From positions 89,412 to 153,411 of the forward strand of contig CAWAIK010000004.1 of assembly GCA_963782115.1 (NCBI GenBank): a stretch of DNA of 64,000 nucleotides, given 5' to 3'. How positions within the stretch are numbered: the stretch's first letter is position 1; each line of letters opens with the position of its first letter. The notes under the pieces were generated by a model, which did no database searches, was not told the DNA's origin, and saw only the letters and a list, made by a program, of their open reading frames with translations. A program made the translations under genes and the position numbers. The DNA comes from an uncultured Verrucomicrobiae bacterium. GTDB lineage: Bacteria; Verrucomicrobiota; Verrucomicrobiia; Chthoniobacterales; JAFAMB01. Positions 9,294-20,508 of the stretch are shown piece by piece.

Positions 9294-12017
9294 CTACGGA
9301 TTGGAGGTTAGCTCGCTTTTTAGCTTAAACTGGCCGTTCAAACGAATGTCCTCAGACGAAGCCCCAACCAGGATGTTGTATGTGTCTGCCAGGGCGTCCC
9401 ATTGTTCTGTAGCCGTGTTGAAATAAGCGAAAGAGCGCTGGTCAAGCTCAAGGGTTATTCTTCTGGACTCGCCAGGCTGCAGAAACACTTTCTTGAACCC
9501 TTTCAACTCCTTAATCGGCCGGAGAACAGGCGGATTTTTTTCGCCTACGTAGAGTTCAGCGATTTCAGCTCCGGCGCGATCGCCCGTATTAGTTACCGTA
9601 AAGCTTACTCTTACGAGATCACGGCCATCATTGTCGTGTTCCTTAAACCCGGGTTTCTCGATATCTTTGTTGGCAGGTTCGATATCGAGATCTGAGTAAT
9701 CAAATGTCGTGTAGGACAGCCCGTAGCCGAAGGGGTACTGCGGCTCGATGCCGTTCTTGTCAAAGCCGCGGTAGCCCGTGTAGATGCCTTCCCGGTACAC
9801 CGCGGTGTTGCCGGTGGGATCCACTGACAAATCGGCCGGGTAATTGGGGTAGGCGGGGTTATCCTGGAACCGTTTCTCGAAGGTAAAGGGCAATTTGCCC
9901 GAGGGGTTGACCTCGCCGAAAAGGATTTCGGCCAGCGCCAAGCCGCCGTCCTGGCCCGGGAAGATGGCGTGCACCAGGCCGGGGACCTGGGCGATCCACT
10001 TTTGGACGTCCATGCTGCCGCCCCCGTGCAGGTACACCACCGTGTGCGGGTTGGCTGCGGCAATGTTCTGGATGAGGTCGTCCTGGTACTCCGGCATCTC
10101 GAACGAACCGGGTCGGTCGACCTGCACCGCGGCCCGGTCGGCGCCCTCGCCCTCGTAATTTTGGTCAAAGCCGGCCGCGATGACCACCGCGTCGTAGGTG
10201 CCCAGGTTGGGCGGCGGTTCCAGCGAGGCCCAGCCCAAGCCCACCCCGCTTGCGCCGCTGAAATACGCGGCCGGGGCTTTGACCTCGAGCGCTACCGCGA
10301 GGGGTTGACCCGCCTCCAGGTGCACTTTTTGCGTCACGATGTACGGGAAGGCGACCAAATCCACCAGCTCGGAGGACCCCGTTTGATCCCAGTTGCTGAA
10401 GATTTGCTGGCCGCCCAGGTAAAAGCGGGCGTTGGTGCCGGCTTGAAACTTAATGACGTAGTTCCCTGTGGTGGGCGGCACGATCTGGCCGCTCCAGCGG
10501 GCGCTGGAGGGGCCCGTGCCCACCTCCGGCGGCGCATCGGCCGGGTAATTCAGCGACAAGTGAGTTTCCTGGCGGGTTACCACCGGGGTGCCCGACAAGG
10601 CTTGGTTGGTGAAGTATTCGGCTTCCAAGCCCGGCTGGCTTTGGCCGCTCGCATCCCTGGAGACAAACTCGGCCACCTGGAAGTCGAGGTTGCCTTGGCG
10701 CAGGTAGTCGATCCTGGTGCCCCGGCCCACCAGTTGGAGGCCTGCGAGCTCGCTGGTCGAATGGACGGCCGCCACCGCCCCGCTCCCGGCTTCATACGGG
10801 GGCTCGGCACCGGCCAAGCGGCCAATGACGGCGATGGAATGGCCCCGGCCGCGCCGGAAAGGCAACACCCCGCCGTCGTTTTTAAGCAGCATGATGCCCT
10901 CGCGCGCGGTGTTGAGCGCCGCCTCGGTGCTAAAGGGATCGTCCAAGGGGATGGAGGGGTCGAATTGCGAACGCTCCTGGAAATGGTATTCGACGATGAT
11001 GCGCAGGATGCGGCGCACCGCGTCATCCACCACCGCCAACGGGATTTGGCCGGCCTGCACCGCCCGCAGCAAGGCCGTCGTATCCGGGCGCGTCGGGTAG
11101 TAATACAGGACGTCCTGGCCCGCGTTGATGCCGGTCACCTGAGCTTCCAGGGTAGACCAGTTGCCGGCCGTGCCGTAGTCGGACACGGTGATGTCCTTAA
11201 AGCCCCATTCGCCCTCCAGCACCGTCCGCATCAGGAAGGCGCTTTGGGCGCAGAAGACGCCGTTGAGCCGGTTGTAGGCGAGCATGACCGAACCGACGTG
11301 GCCTTTTTGGACGGCCGCCTGAAAAGGAGGAAAGTTAATTTCGCGCAGCGTCCGCTCGTCGACGACGGTGTTGACGGTGTAACGCTTGTACTCCTGGTCG
11401 TTGGCCACGAAGTGTTTGGCGGTGGCCACCACGCCTTGAGATTGCGCCCCGCGGATCTGGGCCACCGCCAGGCGGCTGCCCAGCAAAGGGTCTTCGCCGC
11501 AGAGGTATTCGGAGTTGCGCCCGCCGACGGGCACCCGGTACATGTCGGCGCCGGGGCCGTACCAGATGTGGAAGCCGCGGGCGCGGGCGTTGCGGCCGAT
11601 GCCGATGCCTTCATCGGTGGAGCGCTCCAGATCCCAGCTGGCGGCCAAGAGCAGGTTGGCCGGGTAGCGGGTGCTGGTGCCCCCAATGGCGCGCACGCCC
11701 ATGGGGCCGTCGGTGTTGCGCAGTTCGGGCAAGCCCAGGCGCGGCACCGGCGGGATGTCCTCGTTGGTGGAATTGGGCAGCGTTGGATCGGCAGGCGGCG
11801 CGCCGACCAAATAGTTGACCTTTTCTGCCAGCGTCAATTGATTCAGCAGGGTTTCAACTTGGGCTTCGATGCGGCGTGAGTCCTGGGAGGGGGCCGGCGT
11901 GGCCGTGCCGGGTTGCTGGGCCGCGGTCAGGGCAACCGTACCAGCAAACAGCCCGCTCAAGAAAGCGAGCTTAAGCCTGAGGAGGCGAAGGAATTTCCGA
12001 TTTCGTGGGGGTTTCAT
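9294..12017 (-). CDS. Secreted GH3 beta-glucosidase-like glycosidase with PA14 insertion and Fn3-like domain
   Basis: Signal peptide; DGPMGVR, GRNSEY, AKHFVAN, VSDY (nucleophile), PA14 GLEAEYF..ARWSG, FGYGLSYTTF, KELKGF. Confidence 0.93.
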   Translation of the reverse strand: MKPPRNRKFLRLLRLKLAFLSGLFAGTVALTAAQQPGTATPAPSQDSRRIEAQVETLLNQLTLAEKVNYLVGAPPADPTLPNSTNEDIPPVPRLGLPELRNTDGPMGVRAIGGTSTRYPANLLLAASWDLERSTDEGIGIGRNARARGFHIWYGPGADMYRVPVGGRNSEYLCGEDPLLGSRLAVAQIRGAQSQGVVATAKHFVANDQEYKRYTVNTVVDERTLREINFPPFQAAVQKGHVGSVMLAYNRLNGVFCAQSAFLMRTVLEGEWGFKDITVSDYGTAGNWSTLEAQVTGINAGQDVLYYYPTRPDTTALLRAVQAGQIPLAVVDDAVRRILRIIVEYHFQERSQFDPSIPLDDPFSTEAALNTAREGIMLLKNDGGVLPFRRGRGHSIAVIGRLAGAEPPYEAGSGAVAAVHSTSELAGLQLVGRGTRIDYLRQGNLDFQVAEFVSRDASGQSQPGLEAEYFTNQALSGTPVVTRQETHLSLNYPADAPPEVGTGPSSARWSGQIVPPTTGNYVIKFQAGTNARFYLGGQQIFSNWDQTGSSELVDLVAFPYIVTQKVHLEAGQPLAVALEVKAPAAYFSGASGVGLGWASLEPPPNLGTYDAVVIAAGFDQNYEGEGADRAAVQVDRPGSFEMPEYQDDLIQNIAAANPHTVVYLHGGGSMDVQKWIAQVPGLVHAIFPGQDGGLALAEILFGEVNPSGKLPFTFEKRFQDNPAYPNYPADLSVDPTGNTAVYREGIYTGYRGFDKNGIEPQYPFGYGLSYTTFDYSDLDIEPANKDIEKPGFKEHDNDGRDLVRVSFTVTNTGDRAGAEIAELYVGEKNPPVLRPIKELKGFKKVFLQPGESRRITLELDQRSFAYFNTATEQWDALADTYNILVGASSEDIRLNGQFKLKSELTSNP

Positions 12018-12145
12018 GGCGGAGTTAAGTAATTTAAGGATCACGGGCAAGGCCCGACGGCTGCTGGCAGGGGCTGGCGTTAGCCAAGCGCCACCCGCAC
12101 GGCCAAGCCGTACAGGCCGCAACCGGTCAAAGGATGGCGCTTGCG

Positions 12146-13096
12146 CTACCGGATCTGCCAAAAGCTCGGCCCAGCATCGCTCAGCGTTCGCGCGCCGTCT
12201 TGAACGTCCGTGCGCGCCGTGCTTGTCTGTTTGTGCGCGCTTTGGAACCGGCCGGGGCCCACCCCGTAGGCGCGCCGGAAATGCCGCGTCAAATGCGCCT
12301 GGTCGGCAAAGCCGCATTCCAGGGCCACCTCGGCAATCGAGCGCCCTTGGCCGACGGCCAGCAGTTCGCGGGCGTGCCGCAACCGGCAGCCCACCAGGTA
12401 CCGGTGAGGGCTCACCCCCACCACCCGATGAAACAGCCGGCTGAAATGGAAGGCGCTCAAGCCCGCCGTGGCCGCTAACTGCTCCCGGCTGAGCCCGCAG
12501 CCGAAGTTGGCCTCCATTAAGGCAACGGCTTGCTGGATGCCCCAGAGCTGCGCCCCCGCGTCGCCCGCGTCCGGCAGCCGCGGGTCGCTTTGCGACGCCA
12601 CGGCCAGCAGCAGCGCCGCGGCGAGGTGCTCAAAGTAAGCCCGCCCGCCGAGGCCGCCCCGCTCGGTTTCCTCCAGGAGCAACCGGCAGAGCCAATCCAC
12701 CCGGTGGTTGATCACAAAACGCGGCGGGGGCATCGTCCGGAACCGGGCGGCATCCAAGCCGGCCCGGCGCAAGGTGTCCTCAAAGAAGCGCGGGTGGACC
12801 TCAAAGGTGCCCATCCGGCCGGCGGCCCCCTGCCAGCGGATGACGTACGGTTCGCCCGGGGGGATGATCGAGGAAATGCGGCCCATGGTCAGCGTGAAGC
12901 CAGCCTCCTCAAAGCAGAGGCTCGTGTGGCCTTTTTCCCGCACCGGCCGGCAGGCCAGCATAAAGCAGGCTCCTCCGCGCCGGCCGGAGCCCGCTTCGCC
13001 CTGGTCAGGCAACTCGCGCACCAACACGCGGAAGCCCTCAAAGCCGATGCGGTCGCTCGTGAAGCGGATGCTCTCGGGATGGAACTCGCTGCGCAT
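12146..13096 (-). CDS. AraC family transcriptional regulator
   Basis: C-terminal HTH LAATAGLSAFHFSRLF..SIAEVALECGFADQAHLTRHFRR; start uncertain. Confidence 0.88.
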   Translation of the reverse strand: MRSEFHPESIRFTSDRIGFEGFRVLVRELPDQGEAGSGRRGGACFMLACRPVREKGHTSLCFEEAGFTLTMGRISSIIPPGEPYVIRWQGAAGRMGTFEVHPRFFEDTLRRAGLDAARFRTMPPPRFVINHRVDWLCRLLLEETERGGLGGRAYFEHLAAALLLAVASQSDPRLPDAGDAGAQLWGIQQAVALMEANFGCGLSREQLAATAGLSAFHFSRLFHRVVGVSPHRYLVGCRLRHARELLAVGQGRSIAEVALECGFADQAHLTRHFRRAYGVGPGRFQSAHKQTSTARTDVQDGARTLSDAGPSFWQIR

Positions 13097-13256
13097 GGGA
13101 GGGGACCTACGGCTCCAGGGGCAGCTCGAACTGGCGGCGCGCTGTACTGCCACGCGAGGCGGCAACACCGGCAGCGCCAGCGCCGTTTACGAGGGAACCA
13201 AATGTGCTTTAGGTTCCGTTTCGTGCGCGGACCCCTCCAGGCGGCGCAGTAGATAA

Positions 13257-14562
13257 GGGCTTGTAAGAAAATAAGTATTACAAGTTAGGGTTTAGTGGTA
13301 GAATGAGGGTAATGGAAGACTTTGATGCTGTCAGGCAACGCTTCTCGAGAATTTCCGGCGCTCTCAACGAACGGCTGCGGCGATTGTTCGCCGCGACCGA
13401 GGCTGAAGTTCTTGGCTATGGCGGCGTTTCCTTGGTGGCTCGCGCGACAGGAGTATCGCGACGCGCTATCACGGAAGGATTGGCGGAACTGAGCAGTGGA
13501 GTGAGTTACGTCCCGGAGAAGACGCCGGAGTGGATTCGCCGTCCGGGTGGAGGGCGTAAAAAGGCAGTGGTGCTCGATACCACTTTGCAAAGTGATTTGG
13601 AAAGCCTCATCGAACCGCTCACTCGTGGGGATCCACAGTCCCCGCTACGGTGGACTTGTCAAAGCTTGCGCCAGCTCGCCACGCAACTAACCGCGCTCGG
13701 GCATCCGGTCAGCCACACCTTGGTGGGCGAACTACTGCGCAAGATGGGTTACAGTCTTCAAGCCAACCAGAAGACCAAGGAAGGTGCCACACACCCGGAC
13801 CGCAATGCTCAGTTCAAGTTCATCAATGCGCGCACCAAAAAGGAATTGGCGGCCGGCAATCCAGTCATCTCGGTGGACACCAAGAAGAAGGAGTTGGTGG
13901 GCGATTTTAAGAACCACGGACGCACTTATCGAGCCAAAGGCAACCCCGAGAAGGTCCGCGTGCATGACTTCAGCATCCCTGAACTGGGGCGTGCAAACCC
14001 CTATGGAGTTTATGATCTGGCCCACAACATGGGCTGGGTGAGCGTCGGCACAGACCATGACACGGCTGCCTTTGCCGTGGAAACGATCCGGCGTTGGTGG
14101 AAATCGATGGGAGCGACGCTTTATCCCAAGGCACAGTGCTTGCAAATCATGGCCGATGGGGGCGGCAGCAATGGTTCGCGGGTGCGGTTATGGAAAGTTG
14201 AACTTCAGAAACTGGCCGAGGAACTGGGCTTCCCCATCCAAGTTTGCCACCTACCACCGGCGACTAGCAAATGGAACAAGATCGAGCACCGGTTGTTTTC
14301 CTTTATTAGCATGAACTGGAGTGGAAAGCCCTTGGTCAGCCATGAAGTGATTGTCAACCTGATCAAAGCGACCAAGACGGCGCAAGGTTTGCGAGTGGAA
14401 GCCGAAATTGATCACACCATCTATCCCGCCGGACAGAAAGTGAGCGACGAGCAGATGGCTCAGATCAACCTCACCATGGAGAGCTTTCACGGTGAATGGA
14501 ACTACACCATCGCACCCCTCCAACAACAACTCAAGTTGTAACATTTATTTATTTACAGATCC
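13257..14562 (+). mobile_element. ISAzo13-family insertion sequence with a TAA target duplication
   Basis: IRs gggcttgtaagaaaataagtattacaa and ggatctgtaaataaataaatgttacaa; TAA at 13254-13256 and 14563-14565. Confidence 0.9.
13303..14541 (+). CDS. ISAzo13 family transposase
   Basis: TRGDPQSPLRWT, VISVDTKKKELVG, ADGGGSNG, SKWNKIEHRLFS, FHGEWNY. Confidence 0.95.
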   Translation: MRVMEDFDAVRQRFSRISGALNERLRRLFAATEAEVLGYGGVSLVARATGVSRRAITEGLAELSSGVSYVPEKTPEWIRRPGGGRKKAVVLDTTLQSDLESLIEPLTRGDPQSPLRWTCQSLRQLATQLTALGHPVSHTLVGELLRKMGYSLQANQKTKEGATHPDRNAQFKFINARTKKELAAGNPVISVDTKKKELVGDFKNHGRTYRAKGNPEKVRVHDFSIPELGRANPYGVYDLAHNMGWVSVGTDHDTAAFAVETIRRWWKSMGATLYPKAQCLQIMADGGGSNGSRVRLWKVELQKLAEELGFPIQVCHLPPATSKWNKIEHRLFSFISMNWSGKPLVSHEVIVNLIKATKTAQGLRVEAEIDHTIYPAGQKVSDEQMAQINLTMESFHGEWNYTIAPLQQQLKL

Positions 14563-14716
14563 TAAGTGGTGGGCATTGGCATGCGGCCAGCCGGCGCTGG
14601 TGCTACCACACTTGGCTCGCGGCTGGCGGCGATCTGTGAAGCACCGGCAAGCCCCAGGGCAATGCCTGCTGATACCAGCGCCATCATCAGGTCAATGGAT
14701 GCCACACGCTCGGCGA

Positions 14717-15769
14717 TTAGCGGCTCGTGATCGACTCGTCATGCTTCAGGTTGTCCCGGAAGAACTTGGTCAATTTATCGAACGGGATGAGGTTCACGCG
14801 ATCGTACAGATCCACATGGCCGGCACCGGGGACAATGACGAGTTCTTTGGGCTGGCCGGCAAGCTTGTAAGCCTCCTCGCTGAATTCACGAGAGTGCGCG
14901 TTCTCACCCGCGATGAACAGCATGGGACGAGGCGAAATGGTCTCGATGTCGTTGAACGGATAGAAGTTCATGAACCTCACTTCAGCGGTGATCGGACGAT
15001 TGGTCGTCAGGTACAGCGACGAGCCTTTCGGAACGTACTCACCGCGCGACGTCCGGTAGAAATCGAAGAACTCGCGCTCGATCGGGCCAGCGTCCGGCCT
15101 CAGCGTTTCGAGCATGCCATCAACATACTTCTTCTTCCCGCCCGTGAATTCCACGTAACGCTGTTCCGCAGCGGCAGCGAGGGCTTGCTTGCGCTGTTCA
15201 AGTGACTGTGAGTGATTGAGTCCGCTACGGTTGACACCACCCATGTCGTACATGCTGACCGTCGCAATGGCTTTCATGCGCGGGTCGAGCTTGGCCGCGC
15301 TGATGACGAAGCTGCCGCTGCCGCAAATACCGAGAACGCCAATCCGCTGCCGGTCAACGAACGGCCGGGTACCCAGGAAATCCACCGCGGCGCTGAAATC
15401 CTCGGCATAAACATCGGGCAAAACGGCGTTGCGAGGCTGGCCCTCGCTCTCGCCCCAGAACGACAAATCCAGCGACAAAGTGACGAATCCCTGCTCGGCC
15501 AGTTTTTGCGCATACAGATTCGCGCTTTGTTCCTTCACCGCTCCCATCGGATGGCCGACGATGATCGCGGAATTCTTGGCGTTCTGGTTCATGTCTTTGG
15601 GAATAAATAGATTCCCTACGACCTTCATTTGGTATTGGTTCTTGAAAGTGACCTTCTGCGCGATCAGCTTTTCGCTCTGGTAGAAGTTGTCTGCGCCATT
15701 GGACATGTCTTGACCCATTGCGGTGAATGAGCTGATCAGAAGGCCAAATGGTAGGATTAGCTTTTTCAT
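14717..15769 (-). CDS. Alpha/beta hydrolase (YcjY-like)
   Basis: HPMGAVKEQ, GICGSG nucleophile elbow, GAGHVDLYD; signal-like N-terminus. Confidence 0.9.
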   Translation of the reverse strand: MKKLILPFGLLISSFTAMGQDMSNGADNFYQSEKLIAQKVTFKNQYQMKVVGNLFIPKDMNQNAKNSAIIVGHPMGAVKEQSANLYAQKLAEQGFVTLSLDLSFWGESEGQPRNAVLPDVYAEDFSAAVDFLGTRPFVDRQRIGVLGICGSGSFVISAAKLDPRMKAIATVSMYDMGGVNRSGLNHSQSLEQRKQALAAAAEQRYVEFTGGKKKYVDGMLETLRPDAGPIEREFFDFYRTSRGEYVPKGSSLYLTTNRPITAEVRFMNFYPFNDIETISPRPMLFIAGENAHSREFSEEAYKLAGQPKELVIVPGAGHVDLYDRVNLIPFDKLTKFFRDNLKHDESITSR

Positions 15770-15842
15770 TGAACTTTCCTCATTTTGATGACTAACTGGA
15801 AATCGACAGGGCACCTTTTTTGAGCGGTTGCGATCAACGCGT

Positions 15843-16871
15843 CTAGTGACGCACCGCCTCGTTCTCCGGCTCTGGTTGGTTCACGTGACGGCACCGCCAA
15901 CGGTAGGGTGAGACGCCTTCCTGGTGCTGGAAGGCGCGGAAGAACGAGTTGGCGTCGGCAAAGCCGAGCAGGTAAGCGACTTCGGTGAGTTCCAGGGATG
16001 TGTCCGTGAGGTAATGATGGGCCAACTCCTGACGGGCTTCCTGGAGCAGTTGTTGAAAGGTGACGCGCAGGCCGGTGAGCTGCCGCTGGAGCGTGCGGGT
16101 GCTCAAGCCCAGGGCGCGCGCCACGTCCTTGAGCGTGGGTCGTCTGCCGGCGAGCAGGCGCTTGGTGGCGGTTTTGACCTCGTCGATCACATCGTGCCGA
16201 GATTGCGTCGCCGCCAGCTCCGCGTCCATCTGCGGGGTGATCAGGGCCAACAGTTCCGGATTGTGCGTGATGAACGGGCGGCTGAGATCGCTGGATCGGA
16301 ACACCAGCGCGTTGCGCGCCGCGCCAAACTTGACGCGGCAGCGGAAGTGTTCCTCCAGCGCCTCGCGGTGGGCGGGCGGACGGGTCAACTCGACGCGCAG
16401 GGGATAGAACCGCACGCCGGTGCCGCGCTGGCCGATGTCGAGGATCCACGCCAGGCACAGATCCACGAGGATGGGAGGCTCTGCGCGCCCACCCAGCAAA
16501 AACAAGAACTCCACGGCGCATTCGTCCCCCGCGCGGGTCAACCGTATTTCTTCCGGACACGTCAGCTTTTTATAGCGAGCGATGCGCTGGATGGCGTCCA
16601 GGAACGACTCGCTGTGCAACGCGGCAATGGTCTGCGGCGTGCCGCCATCAATGGAAAGATTCGGCCCGAGACGCAGGCCCACCGTCGGGTCGCCGCTTAC
16701 CTCTGCGACCGCCCGCCAGAACCCGAACAACTCCTCGGTGGTCGCCAGGATTTTCTCCTGACGCAGCCAACCATCCCACAACCCGGCCCGTCGCAGCACC
16801 GCCAACTCCGGGATGCCATGATCTTTGAGCTGGCGCGCCACCAGGCGTGAGACACGGAAACGGTCGCTCAT
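15843..16871 (-). CDS. AraC family regulator (Arabinose_bd_2/OruR-type)
   Basis: VARALGLSTRTLQRQL..EVAYLLGFADANSFFRAF. Confidence 0.92.
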   Translation of the reverse strand: MSDRFRVSRLVARQLKDHGIPELAVLRRAGLWDGWLRQEKILATTEELFGFWRAVAEVSGDPTVGLRLGPNLSIDGGTPQTIAALHSESFLDAIQRIARYKKLTCPEEIRLTRAGDECAVEFLFLLGGRAEPPILVDLCLAWILDIGQRGTGVRFYPLRVELTRPPAHREALEEHFRCRVKFGAARNALVFRSSDLSRPFITHNPELLALITPQMDAELAATQSRHDVIDEVKTATKRLLAGRRPTLKDVARALGLSTRTLQRQLTGLRVTFQQLLQEARQELAHHYLTDTSLELTEVAYLLGFADANSFFRAFQHQEGVSPYRWRCRHVNQPEPENEAVRH

Positions 16872-16914
16872 ACGAATCGAAAGAGGATGCTGATAAGATT
16901 GTTTTTGAATGCTT

Positions 16915-17970
16915 TCAGCCTTTGAGCGAGACCATGTCGATGACGAAGCGGTACTTCACATCCTGCTTGAGCAGGCGCTCGTAGGCTTCGTTGATGTAGT
17001 CCATGTTGATCATTTCCACGTCCGGGACAACGCCGTGCTCACCGCAGAACTTGAGCATCTCCTGGGTTTCGGGGATGCCGCCGATGGCCGAGCCGGCGAA
17101 GTTGCGGCGCGGCAAGAGCAGGTTGAACACGCCCACGGGCAAAGGGGCGGGCGGCGCACCGACTTGGCAGAGCGTGCCGTCGAGCTTGAGCAAGGCGAGG
17201 TAGACATTGACGTCGTGCTCGGCGGAAACTGTGTCGAGGATGAAGTCGAAACTGGCGGCGTGCTTCTTCATCTCGTCTCCGTTCTTGGAAATGACCACCT
17301 CGTCGGCGCCGAGCTTCTTGCCGTCCTCCACCTTGCCGGGCGAGGTGGTGAAAAGGACCGTGTGCGCGCCGAACGCGTGGGCAAACTTGACGCCCATGTG
17401 TCCGAGACCGCCCAGGCCGACTACGCCCACTTTCGAGCCGGAGCCGACTTTCCAGTGGCGCAGGGGCGAATAGGTCGTAATACCCGCGCAGAGCAGTGGC
17501 GCGACGGCTTTCAGCTCGAGGCTCTCAGGCACGTGGAGCACGAAGGCTTCCTCCACCACGACGGTGGCCGAGTAGCCGCCGAAAGTGTGACCGCCGAGAA
17601 CTTTGTCCGCGCCGTTGTAGGTGCCGGTAAGCCCCTCGATGCAGTACTGTTCCAGTCCCCGCTGACAGTTCACGCAGGTGCGACAGGAATCGACCATACA
17701 GCCGACGGCGGCGAGATCGCCCGCCTTGAACTTCGTGACTTCGGGGCCGACTTCCGTCACCCGGCCCACGATCTCGTGGCCGGGTACGCAGGGGTATAAG
17801 GTGCCGGGCCATTCGCCACGCGCGGTGTGCAAGTCGGAGTGACAAACCCCGCAGTAAAGAATCTCGATGGCCACGTCGGTCGCCCCCGGGGCGCGCCGGG
17901 GAATGGTGAAAGGTGCCAGGCGCGAAGAGGCGCTCTGAGCCGCGTAGGCTCGGGTTTGCGTCGTGTTCAT
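16915..17970 (-). CDS. NADPH-dependent zinc alcohol dehydrogenase (cinnamyl ADH, YahK-like)
   Basis: CGVCHSDLH, PGHEIVG, CxxCxxC, GLGGLGH, VKYRFVID. Confidence 0.95.
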   Translation of the reverse strand: MNTTQTRAYAAQSASSRLAPFTIPRRAPGATDVAIEILYCGVCHSDLHTARGEWPGTLYPCVPGHEIVGRVTEVGPEVTKFKAGDLAAVGCMVDSCRTCVNCQRGLEQYCIEGLTGTYNGADKVLGGHTFGGYSATVVVEEAFVLHVPESLELKAVAPLLCAGITTYSPLRHWKVGSGSKVGVVGLGGLGHMGVKFAHAFGAHTVLFTTSPGKVEDGKKLGADEVVISKNGDEMKKHAASFDFILDTVSAEHDVNVYLALLKLDGTLCQVGAPPAPLPVGVFNLLLPRRNFAGSAIGGIPETQEMLKFCGEHGVVPDVEMINMDYINEAYERLLKQDVKYRFVIDMVSLKG

Positions 17971-17977
17971 GCGATCC

Positions 17978-18468
<491 letters not shown>

Positions 18469-18580
18469 CACTTTCCTTTTATAGGTTGACAGCGTCGTTG
18501 GGAAAGACGTCGGCCGCGAGCGGTGGCGCATCTATGGCGACCCGCCGCCATCGACCGTTAACCAATTAAGGAGAAAACCA

Positions 18581-18785
18581 ATGCAAAAGCGCAAACTTGG
18601 AAACAGCAACCTGGAAGTTTCTGCCATAGGCTTCGGCTGCATGGGGCTGAACGGCTTGCGACAGCGGCGCGCCCTGGATGTCGGTGGTGGTGAAGGCCTC
18701 GTCGATCTCGCGCAGATCTTCGATGGCGGCGACCGGCAGGTTGTCGTCGAGATGCTCCATTTTCGTGCCGTCGGGGATCGGCGCA
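18581..18785. pseudogene. Scrambled aldo/keto reductase pieces (N-terminus on +, C-terminus on -)
   Basis: MQKRKLGNSNLEVSAIGFGCMGL on +; GTKMEHLDDNL..LREIDEA..IQGA on -. Confidence 0.7.
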
Positions 18786-18885
18786 ATGTTGTAACTGATC
18801 GGCAAATCAGTCTGGCTCGGGATCGGGATGTGATAGAGCCGCGCGAGCTCTTCTTCGGATGTGTTCGACGGTATCGGCCGCACAT
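18780..18885 (-). pseudogene. SRAP peptidase N-terminal fragment
   Basis: MCGRYRRT, then after a frameshift SEEELARLYHIPIP..PISYNIAP. Confidence 0.8.
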
Positions 18886-19939
18886 AAAGTTGGAAATGAA
18901 TCACAAGTATGAAGGAATAAAAATCCCGAGGGTTAGGATAGCGGACGCATCGTCGAACGCGCTGTAATCGAATTTTGGAACGTCGTTTTTGGCGTTGATG
19001 GGCCAAGTCAGCCGCTTTTTGGCCTTTGGCCGGCTTGGGGCAATTACATTTTCGGACGGCAACGTCCGGATACGCGAGTCGAGGATATGTCGTAGTATTG
19101 GCGCTTTTTGCTGATGATGACCCTTCTGCGCCAGCTAACCTGGACCCACAAAATTCAAAGAATCGGAGCTGTCTACGATTTAAGTACAGCTCGACACACG
19201 GTAATAAGCGGCGCGTGTGTGCGCATTGCGGATCGGGACCGTAAAAAACTCGAAGAACTGTTTCCGAGTTGATGCGCCGGCGCGCATCATAATGGTTGGA
19301 CTCGCGGAGGAATATGATGGGGATGAGGATGATGGCTCGGGTGAGGTGCTTCGGCGTTTCCGGGAGTAACTTTGATCGCCACAAAGATATCCTCCGGGGC
19401 TTTCGGGTTACTAGCAATCCCGGTGCCGTTGCCTGCGACGCCTCCCGAACTCACGACCACGCGGCCTTGGATAGGCTTGTAGAAATAGTTACAGGTAATC
19501 GTGTAAAAAACGGTTAGCAAACTATGGCTCCTATTTTGAAACTAAATATAATACCTATAAAAAGGATAGGGACAGGATACGCGAGCCCATACAGGGTAAG
19601 AGGAGTCCACCTGCTGCCACTTTGTGTACGGACCGTTTGTGCTGAATTGATTATCTAGCGGCTCCGAGAATGTAGAAGTACGGCCTAGCCTATCCAGACG
19701 ACTAACCATGTTAGTAAAAGAGGTGCTCTGATCATGAAACATGTCGTCGCGTGTTGAAGACCAGCTCTTCTGGGATGCTTTCTTCTCTTGTTTTGCTTAA
19801 TAGCCCCTGTCGCGATCTGAGATCAGTAACGAATCCTTTCCAAATGTCGAGTACGGTCGGCGGCGTCGGTGCGCACCAGCGGCAGGCGCGATAACTTGCC
19901 GGTTTTTCCGATAGAGGCCGGGAACAAAGGAGACTGCGG

Positions 19940-20475
19940 CTCCTTCTCTAAGCCGGTTGCTTTAAGCTACTGATCGAGAAGCTTTTCGAGTCTTGTGGTG
20001 CACGGGGACCTCTTTCTCTTTGCCGCCCTTTTCCTTGAAGCGGAGCAAAAAACCGTTTACCGGAAGGATAATAGTCTTCGACCTTCAGGTTCACGACGGC
20101 GACGATCCGGGCGAACGTGTAGGCGAGTACCCCGAGCAGAGCGCGACGGAGGCTGTTGTGCGTGAATGTCTCGACCGCGTCAAGAAGCGTTTGAACTTCA
20201 ACCATCGACGAACGCCGGTGTTTTCCCTTCGGTTCGTGAAAATCTCTCGGTCTTGACTTCCCGGGCCGGATTCATGGCGAGCACGCCTTTTTCAGTGAGC
20301 CAGGAAAACATCATCCGCATGGCGTCCATGTGCTGTTTGACCGTGGACGGCGCGGACTGGCGCTTAGGATTTCGATATAAGCCGCGACCGTGATGGGTTC
20401 AATGTCTTCGAGGTGCTGGTAACCGGCGCGCTCTGATTAGGCTAAGACTGGCCGATTGCTCGATAATAAGCGGTC
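19940..20475 (-). pseudogene. Tyrosine recombinase remnant (paralog of 46293-47285)
   Basis: STVKQHM..FSWL..NPAREVK..EGKTP; RALLGVLAYTFARI..LKVEDYY; frameshifts. Confidence 0.8.
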
Positions 20476-20508
20476 CATGGCCGGCGATAAGAATTGCATC
20501 ATGGATTG

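Noticed and set aside
9969..11879. 636-aa + strand ORF
   Set aside because: Antisense shadow of the GC-rich GH3 gene; no recognisable motifs
12018..12317. N-terminal 100 aa of the 1007-aa GH3 ORF
   Set aside because: Overlaps the AraC gene; the signal peptide starts at the Met at 12017
15924..17799. 308-aa and 296-aa + strand ORFs
   Set aside because: Antisense shadows of the AraC and ADH genes
18566..19417. 283-aa - strand ORF
   Set aside because: Chance read-through across SRAP and AKR scraps; not a coherent protein
19287..19800. AT-richer stretch with short ORFs (one His/Pro-rich)
   Set aside because: No recognisable family, RBS or repeat structure
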